From a virus: a DNA stretch of 64,000 bases. The notes below the pieces were generated by a model, which saw nothing but the letters and a program-made list of their open reading frames with translations, ran no database searches and had not been told where the DNA came from. The position numbers were made by a program, and so were the translations under genes. Shown here in pieces: positions 46,107-58,100 of the stretch. Location of the stretch: the IMG/VR virus record IMGVR_UViG_3300030104_003613. One strand, written 5' to 3'. How positions within the stretch are numbered: the stretch's first letter is position 1; the number at the start of each line of letters is the position of its first letter.

Positions 46107-49100
46107 TTAGACGTAGTTATTAAATTTAAGTGGATTCAATCTTGTCACCACAGCAGATGTTGAAAGACCAGTGATTCCATCTTCACCATAGAAGTTAAAT
46201 GTGCCAGGTTCAATATTTCTAGAAACATTTATCTTACCCCAACTAAATCTACCAAAATTAAAGGAAGAACTAATTCCACCCTGGTAGATTGTAAAGACCT
46301 GACCATCAAATGTGAAATCAGTTTGATCAAAAGTGATTAGGTTTCCACCAGCAGTGACGGTACTGATATTGCCAACATTGGAGAAGACTCTTCTAACCGA
46401 AGTTGTTCCAACACCTACCACATTAACATCAATTGTTGTAACATTTTCTACTTGATAAACTGTGTCACAGAACGATGTTGTAATACCAAGAATAGTAGAA
46501 TTGTCATTATACAACGAATCAAGTGTTCCAGCAGCAGGTGTTCCAAGACCAATGTTTGATCTAGTAACAGTGTAATAATCACCAGTGGAGATACCACTAA
46601 TTGTTTGTGCTGTGCCGACTAAATCAGAATCGCGAAGGTAAGAGTCACCTGGAATAAAGAAGTCAAAGATTACCTGAGTCTGTGTTCCAAGTCCTGCGGT
46701 AAATGTAGTTGTTCCAAATCCAACGATGATACCGTTATCACCAATGTAGGAACTGACTGTCATATTCTCTTCAATCAGTTTGGGAGTTTCAATCAAGCAA
46801 ATAGGAGGATCGGAATGAGTATACCCAGAACCAGGATTGATAATACCTGCTGACAACAATCTACCATCCGAGGTCATCGTGCCAATGCCAATTGCCCTTG
46901 AACTAATACCGCTCTCTGGATTAGATACAAAAATTGATACAGTAGAGAATCCAGCGTATCCATATCCATTTTCGGTAATGCCAAATGATAGGATTCTGCC
47001 ATCATTCTCAACGATAGCAGTCACCGATGCTCCGATTGGGGCGTCTTGTGAATTTAGAGAAATCCTGTTCTGGAATCCTCTAAGATTCTGTTCATTTTGA
47101 GCGTCATAAATTGGTTTTACAGAATCAACGTGAATTGTTGTAGTTGTAAGACCAACATTCTGAATAATGTAGGATGCGGGGAAGATACTTGGTTCATAAG
47201 AGACTCTATCTTTACCAATTTCATCTCCGTTGATAATCTTATCAACGGTCTGCTTACACCAAGTTAGTGGTCTTACCACAGTTTGATCAGTGGTTACGCC
47301 AGGTCTGACATAAGCGTTTGTTTCGACAGTATCAAGAGTATTGATACCAACAACGGTTCTAGGATCTTGTTGTAGAGATTCACCTTGACCCCTAGATGGA
47401 TCATTGTTAAGTTGAATAGTATCACCGACCTTAATAGTCTCCTCAACATCAGTTAAAATAACGTCTACATCACCTGATCCTTTATAGAATAGGATCTTGG
47501 ACGTATCTCCTGTCAAAGCAGTTCCAACTGGTCCTTTTGGAGCTTCAGTGAATGTGATTACGCTACCACCTTCAAATTTATAACCTTCGTTTGGTTTTTG
47601 AAGAACATCATTAATAAACACCAGAAGTGTTTGTTCAACCTCAATATTAGATCCAGCAGCTGCTTTGATGGAAACAGGATTCTCATTCAGAAGAAGTCTA
47701 AATGATTTATTAACTCCATCAAATTCACCATCGAATCTATCAAACACCTGGAATTCACCAACAGACCATCCATTGAATTGATCAGAATAAACGCTATCAA
47801 TTGTAATTTGGAACTCATCAAATGTAAGTGATGTGTTAGTGGGAATACCAGTCAGACCACCTACATTAACAGTTAGGATGTCTCCTTCACGATATCCATA
47901 TCCCTGATTGTTCAGTTCAAAGTCAATAACACTTGAACCTTGTCCGACAACAATATCAACAGTTGCCTCGGCACCAGTCTGCGAGGGACTAGAAGAACTA
48001 TAAACAACAGGAACATTATAATATGAGAGAGGATCATCAAATACAACAACTGGTGGGTTGGTCGATGTGTAACCCGATCCAGGATTGGTGATCGCAACAC
48101 TTACAATATTACCACCTTGAATAGTGGCGGTGCCAATATTAACCAAATTAGGAAGAACACCACTGTAAGTTTGAACACCAACATTTACAACAGTATTGAT
48201 TCCTGCTCTGTATCCAGAACCACTATTGCCAATACTAATTGACTGAATAGTGCCAAGACCAGATACAACGGCAGTGCCACCTGCTGCTACAAGGGGTTGA
48301 TATCCAAATCCACCAGTTGAACCAACCGAGATAAATCTACCACCAACTGGCAGAGAAGATTTATTGGGATCATAACCCTGATTTACGGATTCACCAGTAA
48401 ATACAATGGAACTAACGCCAACACTTTCTTCAATATTATAATCACCTTTAAATGCCTGAACACCTTGATTTAACTGATAGATGCCATTAATCAGAACAAC
48501 TGCGCTAGTATCAATTCCAGATACATTAGCGCCACCGCTGGTCAGAGTATAAGTCTTACCAACACCTGTGAATCTATCGGTTATATCATCGAAGACATTG
48601 TTCAAATGATATGTCTCATTGGTTGAACCAACAGCAGCACGTTTCATAAAGGTTCTGCCCTGGAACATTGAACTGGTTGTAATTCCAGTCCAATCTCTCT
48701 CATTCGGGTTACCAGTTGTCGTGCTTAAGGGATTATTACCAAATGGTGCCTCAACAAAGTTAAGAGAGTTATTTGTAATATTGTAGTTACCAGTAAACTT
48801 GGTTACAGTGTCACCTGCTGTGTGAGAAGCAATAACAGAACCCAATTGTGCTCTTTCAACCACTACAGCAATAGTGTTACCAACACCAATGCCGTCAACC
48901 TTCATAAACTCATCTCCAACCTTGATGATGTCACCTGCGGTGAATGAGGTAAGTCCAGTGGTGTTGAATACAGTATCGAAAATTACATCTTGATCAAGTT
49001 GTGTAGTAATATCAGTTTCAGCAATGGGTGACTGAATAATGTTATCAATCGCCAGAATCGCTTTGGTATTTTGCTTGGTAGTATTAATTGTGTGAGAACT

Positions 49101-52100
49101 TCCAGCACCAACACTGGTAATATCAATCGCTGCTGGAGATTCTCTAAGAGCATCTTCAGCAGTTGCTGCGAATCTAATGGCAGACTCACTATCCTTAATC
49201 ACAAAGACATTTTGTGGTAATCTACTGGTGGCACCAATTCCTGGGAACGTAGTGCTGGCAATTTGAATTGCCATAGTTGTACCAGCGCCCGGATGACCGT
49301 ATTCAACTGCTTCGCCAGAATTAAAGAAGTGATTGGGTATGATAATTTGATTTGTAGTGGTATTACAAACAGTGGTATTAGATCCATCAAATACTCTTCT
49401 GAAAATATCCAGACCATCATGCTTAAGTTCAAATCCAGTCCTAACATCAAGAAGTGTGCCTTGATATGATTCAGCATCAGCAGTAATTTGAACATTTTCA
49501 ATATCAATTACATCAGATCTGAGATTTTCATCAAAGACCATCAATTCAGTAAAGTATGATCTAACGTCTACATTGATGCTTGGTTCTGGCGTGTATACAA
49601 CATTTACACCACCTGTGGCATTAGTTGTGACACCAACTGTTCCAATATGTCCACCAGTTTCAAGATTTGCCCACTCTACATAACACTCATTTGATGAGGA
49701 GTTGAGAGCAGCAAATTCAAACAACTCATATCTGTTATTCGTGGTATCCTCAACACTAAACAGGTAATAAGCAGATTCAATCGGGGAATCGTAAGATGCG
49801 ACAATATTAGCAGACGGCGATCCCGAAGCAGCGATTGTGCTATAAGATGAACCAACTTTTGAAACGTTAAGGAATTCATTACCTGTGGTTGTATTAGAAT
49901 CCGAGATAAGAATTGTACCAGTCGTACAGGTCATTGCGAAACCTATCGAGGCATCTGGTGTAAATTCAACTATTACGTTACTGCCAGAAATTGTAGAATC
50001 GAATGTACCGAATCCTACTCCTGTCAGACCTTGATTTTCACTAATCGCATTTGTTTCCATCTGATAGCAGTCGGTTCCATCATGAACGATATTCAGTTCA
50101 GTACCATACTTCTGATCATTGACACCATCAAATAGAGCAATAATTTTTGCTGCTCTATATGTTGTTCCAAACGATACAATCGTTGTTTTGGTGCTAGCGG
50201 GGATCGCTTGATAACCACCAACCGTGTATGCCACATCACCATAAGCATCTAACCCAGTATCTGAAAGATCAGAGAGGATACTGATAGCAGATGATGATAC
50301 ATCATATACATTGTTCTCAAACTTAACTGGGAAGAACAACAAATTCCATCCAGTGCCCGTAGTGATATAATCAAAGTATCCAAGATATGGATAAGACTCA
50401 ATTGACGCATATTGAGAAATATACCCAATACTATTATCCTGAAGAACACTTACAACAGCAAATTGTCTTTCATCGGTGAATGTTCTGTCTCTAACATATG
50501 TAAAGATTTTATTATAGCAATAATTTGAGCCATAACTAGCAACGACTTCAAAAGGAGTTGTTCTAGCATTGCTGTTAAATTGATCACTAATATCATCAAT
50601 TTCAAGAACCCTATTTCCAATTGATTGAAGGAAATCTGATAGAATTCTGTTCGTAAAAACGACTTCATTAGAGATGTAAACATCACCGATGAATTCTCCT
50701 CTCTCCGATGCTATATCGAAGTCCTGATAGCAGTTTAAATCCCCTTCACTGATAATATCAATAAGATTCTCAATATCACTATCTTCTGTGGAAACAATAG
50801 CAGATTCGCTGGTATTAGCGGTGCTATAAATTTGTAAATCAGCAAACTTTCTATATCCAGCAGTGTGAGTTAAGGCACTTACAGGATCATTCCACTTATC
50901 AAGGTCAATTTCAGATGAGATAGAGTATGACAGGTCTTGATAGTATTCATTATCAGGAATTCTTTGAAGATTATTATTCAGGAATCCAGTATCCTTTTGC
51001 CAACCCTCATAAATTGTTGCTCCAGCACCAATACTAATTTCTCCATCAAATACAGTCACCTCTTGAACAATTCCAATAGAACCAGATGTTAATCCTCTTA
51101 CAAAATCATTCCTAGAGGCAACACCATTAACAGATGTTTTTAATAATTCATTATTTGAATCATAACTCATAGCTCTTCCACTAAAATTATCACCAACAAT
51201 TCTTTCACCTTTTAAAAATAGGTTTTTAGACAGGGTTGGTTCAAATATTGGGAAATGAGACTCTGGTATAACCTTACCAAGTGAATCATTGTTGAAATTA
51301 CCAGGGAAACCATTGCTTCCTAGTTGTGTAGACAGGTCATACTCAACATAAGCACCACTACCACCAGCATTTGTGTTTACTCCGGTAACAGGGAACAATG
51401 TATAGTTGTAATTTTTGGAATTGAACCCAGAACCAGTCGATCCAACACCCACACTGATGTTCTCAACCAGAATGTTCTTTCCTACCTCAAATGGGAACTC
51501 TGAATTTGACGAGAACTGATGAGATAAGGAAAGTCTTACAATATTACTTGTCGAATTGTAATTGAGTGTAGAAACTGAGTAACCATTTGAGTTATTCGTA
51601 GGAATAAACTTGGGTGGTACAAAATAAACATTAGATGCGTTCTTAAGAACTTTAACTTCGGTGTCACCAAGAGAATATTCTAATATAACATCAAGTTGCT
51701 TATCTGTGATACCATCAAAAACAAGGATTTCAGGAGATGTAAGATAATTGATGCCCGAAGAGGTAATACCAATTGATTTGAACGACGAAAGAGGTTCTAA
51801 TTTCAGAACTTCTGGAATTCCAGCAATTGCGCTGATAGTAGGATCACTAGCATAGTCAAATCCAATGTTATTTGATACAAATCTAGCATCAAGAAGTTTT
51901 CCGATTTGATCACTAGTTGCTTCAACTAATCCACCTGTGCCCAGTCCACTTCTAATAGATGAAATTGAAGGAACTGACTTGTATCCATAACCATTATCAA
52001 TAATCTTGACAGAATTGATAGGTCCAAAAGCATTTGTAGAAGGTGTGCTATAAGAAGCTTCGCAATTCGTTGAACCATATGATACAATATTAGGAGTATC

Positions 52101-55100
52101 AGTAACAACGTATGTGAATGTCGTTAAACCGATACCAGAGAGTGTGACAAGTCCATCAATTTCAGTTTTTACAACATCAATCTGATTATATGCTTTGACA
52201 TCATTATCAATGATCAATCCACTCTTAACGGAGGGGATAATAGAGTTATTGATGGTGTTAAATCTATACCAAAGAGAAGTCGGGATGTTTTCAGTGACTC
52301 TGATTCTCAAATTAGCAGTGGTCGTGATTCCTGGTTGACCTGAAGATAGAACTTCAAAGGTATCATCTAATCCAGTCGTTAGGAATCTGTTATTAAATTG
52401 AGGATCCCTGAATATCTCCATTTCAAAGGCAGGATATCTAACACCATTTGATACAAATGAAAGTGATGGATCAGAAAGATCAAAATGTAGTATATTCTTT
52501 TTGTTTGTGTTAATAAAGGGGTTAATTCTGGAGAGAGTACCAGATGAAGTGCTTGTTAAATTGACAAAAGGAGGGGAAACCAGTTTAAGATCACTCTTGT
52601 TGTGAACAAACTTAATTCTAGTCTCCGAATAGAGATATACAAAATATACTCCTTGATCAACTAAACCACCCGATGGAGAAGTTGCGGTGTGAATTACTCT
52701 ATCACCCGTCTTGAATGGATTATTTGAGAACGCAATCGTATTTTGAACCAGATCAACATCTCCGGCAACAAAATCTACTGGATCAAAAACAATTCTTCTA
52801 TTATAATCATTATAGAGAACCTTAACATTCACCGTGTTGGTGGGTTTTAGATCAAAATTGACTTTATCAAGATAAGAAAGTCCATGAGTTCCTGCCGTTG
52901 AAACAATTACGCTGTTTCTAGAGGCGGATGATGTAAGAACGTTGGTAAGATCAGTTTTAAAACTGTGATTATCACCTGTTCCAATACCTACGAGGTAAAG
53001 AAGACTTGCTGTGGTGCTAATGCCAACATACTTACCAATAGTGTTAAGACCGACTAAATTGGAACTAATACCAACCGTGTCTAATGTAAGTGGCACTGCG
53101 AAAAGAGTTGAGATGCCTGTCAGACTTGTTGTTGCTGATCCGGCAATACCATTCCAATAAGTAATGGATGATCCACCATTGATGTTATATCTTAATTTGT
53201 CATTAAGTCTTAATCCATGATTTGGAAGGAAGATAGATCTTGGTTGAACGAAGACTTGAGTGACACCCGCTCCTGGATTTGAAATAGTAAGTGTTACACC
53301 AATTCCTGTTCCAGTTGTACTTCCAATACCAACGCATTCGCTTGGAGTAAAATACAACTCCTTATTGAAGTTGAGGATCTTGGTTGTACTGGCGGAACCA
53401 ACACTAATAGAAAATCTTCTAGGATCATTACTAATAGCGGTCGTAGCGGTATGTGCCGCAGATGTCGTCCCATCCTGCCCTCTGGCGACTCTCAAGCGGT
53501 TTGGTTCAATGTTAAGTACCTTTACCTTCTCTTCACCAATTTGAAGAATATCATTAATAACTAGGGAAGGATATCGTGTAGGACCAGATACTGGAATAAA
53601 AGTATTAATACCAGTGACAGATATATTACCAATTGCTTCTGTCAGAACAAAGTTGCTTGTAGTGACACCGATTCTATACTTGCCTTCTAATTGATTAAAG
53701 TATTCAGACTGTGAGTTAAATGTCAAGACATCATCATTGCTAAACCCATGAGGGGCAGATGACATACCAATATATTGTTGTCTTGACAGATACGGGATGA
53801 ACTCAATATTACTTACCGTAGTTGTGGCAATGCTCACGCTATGAACAGGTTTACCAGTAACTTCCTTAACCGATGCTCTTGCGGAGAATCCACCACCTCC
53901 ATCACTGTCGAAGAAAATCTTGTCACCGACCTTATAATTGGTTCCTCCAGTCACGATACCAATATTATCAATACTACCAGAAGAGGCAGCATTGATTTCT
54001 AATGTAGGAGGAGCAACTTTATTAGGATTGAAGATATACTTATAATCTCCTTTAAGTCCATCAAGATTATAGAATCTAGTATTTCTCAAATAATCTTCAT
54101 TCCCAATAGAATACTCTAATTGATTAGATGACTTTCTGAAGTTAAAGTTATTTGGTTTTGACTTGAAAGACGGACCTACAAGATATGGGAATACTGGTCT
54201 CTTAAACTTATCAAAAGGACCACTGGTATCTACCCTTGAGTCAAATGTGGCGAAGTAAGCATAGACCCCATTTGGGAAATCCGGTGTTACACAAGTTCTA
54301 CCATTATGCTCATCGAGATCTCCTGTTCCTCTATAAACATAGTCCTCTACAAAGAATCCTGCTCCGAAAACAGCAACAGGTGGTCTCTGTGCCTGACTAG
54401 TTACGAGTTCGTAACCAGAAATCATTTGCTTGACTGCGCCACCTGTTCCATTGCTATATCCAAATGGACCATAGATTGGGTTTCCATCATACGCCCAACC
54501 AATAATAGGAGAATGTTCATCAGCACTTACCTCAATTCCATTCTCCTTAACCAAGTCAGGAGATCCGTGAATTGAACTACCATTAGGATCAATTGATTCT
54601 ACCGCCTCTCTTAATTTGCGAGGAGCATAAACATGTGAATATTGAAGACAAGTTGAATCGATGTTATCTTCGATAAATCCATCATCATCGCCAATGTTAT
54701 TGAAATCATTGGCAAAGACATCAATGTTCCACTCATTAATGTTTGCTTCGGCAGTCGCTCCTCCTCCAGAAGGGACTACATTAATTCTGATATTACCCTG
54801 ATTGTATCCAATACCACCACTGATAACATTTACTGATACAAATGAACCATTATCGATAACTGGAGTTAATTTACAGAAACTTCCTACACCAACAATATTC
54901 AAATCTGGTGGTGAATTGTATCCAGTTCCGGGATTTTGAATGATAACATCAATAATCTTACCATCTGATACAACTGGGAATAGTTGAGCAGATGTTCCAC
55001 TTTCAAAAGCAATATTTGGTTGTCTGTTGAAATTGAGGATGGTTGATGAACCATATCCTACACCTTTTGAAATAACGTCAGCAGAAGTAATGGACCCTCT

Positions 55101-58100
55101 AAACACAGGTGTTACTCTGCATGTAAAATCTTGATTCGTCAGACTATTGACACCAACCGTACCCTCAACTAACATATGAATCGGTTCATAGTTAAGAGAA
55201 CCAGTTCCAGTTGATCCAATGCTTACGGGGATATCATTATTAAAGAAATAGTTCCTATTGGTGTTGCCAGTGCCAACCTCATACAGTTTGATTGTGTCTC
55301 TGTTTAAGGATTTGACAATGTAATCAGTAGAAGAACTCAATCCACTAATCGATGCATCACCAGGAGTATACCTAATAATATCTTTGGTGGAGTATCCATG
55401 ACTATCAATTGAGAAACAATTAAGTGCTGTGATGATACCAGCAGGATTGATATTCCTTCTGTTATTCTTATAACCCTCCCCTGGATCTGTAATAACAATA
55501 TTAGTAACAGTTCTTTTTCTCTCAAAAGAATCAATAGAGTGAATGTTATTACTAAACCCAGTCATTGTGATGGTATTGATACCAGATATGGCATCCAACT
55601 CACTTGGGTGAAGTTGAACTGTAAAGGCGTCCACCACATTAACATAGTAATAAGAGTTCGTAGAAAGTCCTGTAACAGGAGCAGTTCCCTCTGTTTTGTA
55701 GATTACCTTCTCATTATCTCTAAACTTATGGAATGTTGAAAAACCAATAGTATTATTTGGATTAAGTCTTAAGTTGGTGCTTCCTGCGCCAGCATTGAAT
55801 GGAACACTGTGTTTTACAGAAGATACATTAACTTCAGCAAGTGCGTCTCTGGTTGGGAATCCACCAGTAATTTTTACAACTGGGGTATCAACATAATCAT
55901 ACCCAGTATCAACAATATCAACTCTTTCCAATGAACCGGATACGGAAATCGTTCCTGTAACACCAACACCCAAGTTATCTGTAATATTAAGAGCGGGTGG
56001 ATTAATTACATCATATCCCTCACCTTTATTTTGAATGCTGATGGAATTAATCTTTCCATAGAAAACTGACTTGGATGATTTGAAGTTAAGAATCTCCGCA
56101 CCATTAATCAACATACCAGTATAACCTGGTTCAGTATCAAACACACCAGACTGATTATCTGGATTAATGAATTGTCTATAAAGATATTGATTCTTTAGTT
56201 CTTTATTGTAAAAATCAAAGAAGATTAGTTGATTGTCTTGAACTGCTCCAGAAGGAAGAATATATTTTCCACTAAACAGGTCAGATTTACTCTTGGCAAG
56301 TTGAATCCTAGTTGACGATAATCTTTTTACAAAGTAAACAAGTTCTTCCATGTTGCTGAACCTGTTCTCTGATTCGGTGATAGTTTGAAAACCATCAGGT
56401 GTAGTAATAACATTTTGAACTACACTGCCTTTGTAGAATACAGAGTCTCCTGTAAAGAATCCATGATCAGTGGTGGAGGTAACTTGAATTACTCCATTAG
56501 CATCTGCTTGACCAGAGAACTTTACAGTTTTATTATATGGATTAAGTTGAGTGTCTGAATAATTAGGCAGAGAGTTGGAAGCAACTATAACGTCTTCATT
56601 GAAGTTATTATAAACTGCCTGTATATTGGCGTAACTATTATTAAGTTGTGGGAATTTTGAAGAACTACCCTTCAAAATAAGATTTGTTACAGTATATGGA
56701 ACTGTAAGTTTGTTTGTTGGTATAAAAGAGGACAGTTTTACAGAGAAACTTTTCTTACTATTAACTTTCGTAATATTACCCTGCCTTTGAACCCCATCAG
56801 AACTTATCAGTCTGATTGCGTAACCCTTTTTGAAGAAGTGAGCAAGTTCTAAATCAATTTGATAGATTGCTTCGGAGAGGTCAACAACTTTAATACCGCT
56901 GACATCATATTCTGTTTTATTATTGTAAAACCAATTGGTTGATTTAATTTTAGTTAAAGGAAGACCAAGCGATTTAACATTGATAGTATCGCCTACTCGA
57001 AGAGATTTGGTTTGATCTTTTAACACCAAGTTTTTCAAAGTAGAAGTTATTCTAACTTTGATTTGATCCTCTGTGCCAATACCAACAAAAGCAAAGGCAT
57101 TATTGAAGTATCTTACAGGGGTCTGATCCGCGATTTCAGAAATAATATTGGATGAACTGATTCCAATAAATTGATTGTCATTTTTTGATGTATAACTTAC
57201 CTTTAATTCATCATTGTTTCTAGAAAAAACAGTGAGACTACCGCTATCTGGGAATCCAACGGTTGAATCAACATCAATAATTGTAGCGCCAACACCAACA
57301 GAATTAACTAATTGTGTTTTCGGGTTGGGTTGGAATGAACCATAGATGCTACCCTCTACGTTACTATCCCTATCGTATCCAAAGTCAACACTTATTTGAT
57401 AATACTGTCCTTTGTCATAATTAAGTCTTTCAATATTACATACAGATCCTCTGACAACCTTCTCCAACTCTGGACTACCATTGATAGAGTTAATTCCAGA
57501 CAAGGTGCCCATAGCACCTCTTCCACGTCCAAGACCCTGCCTTCCAACACCACCTTTATTGCCAAAGTTGATAATTGGTTGATATAATGTCTTGCCATGT
57601 AATCCCAGGGGATCTCCCACATAGGATTCAACAATAAAAGATTTGGAAATTCTATAATCAGCGTCAGATGGTCTAATCAGGAATTTGCTTGGAAGGATAA
57701 CCTCTGCTTCCTTGCCATACAATGCCCTAAACAGAATCTCAACCGAAGCATCTGTTCCCTTTGAACTGTAAAAACTATCTGATCCAAAGATAAAGTTTCT
57801 TTCATCCAGTCCATCAAACAGTTTTCTATTTTGAAATCCAGGTACAACTTGTCTCTTTAATTTCTTGAAAAACTGTTGTAAGAACAGAACGTTCAAGTTC
57901 TGAATCTTCGCACCTTTTGTGTGATTTGTAGATAGAGATGTCTCAAATACTAATTTGTCAGGTTCAGGACCAATGTATGATGTGATGCCACTGAAACCCC
58001 TTTTACAGTTCTCAAATGTAATATCTGTCTTAGTCTCATAAGAGATGATCTCATCATCAATTTTGATCAGTCCATTTTCATCGGGGAATCCATATGTGAA

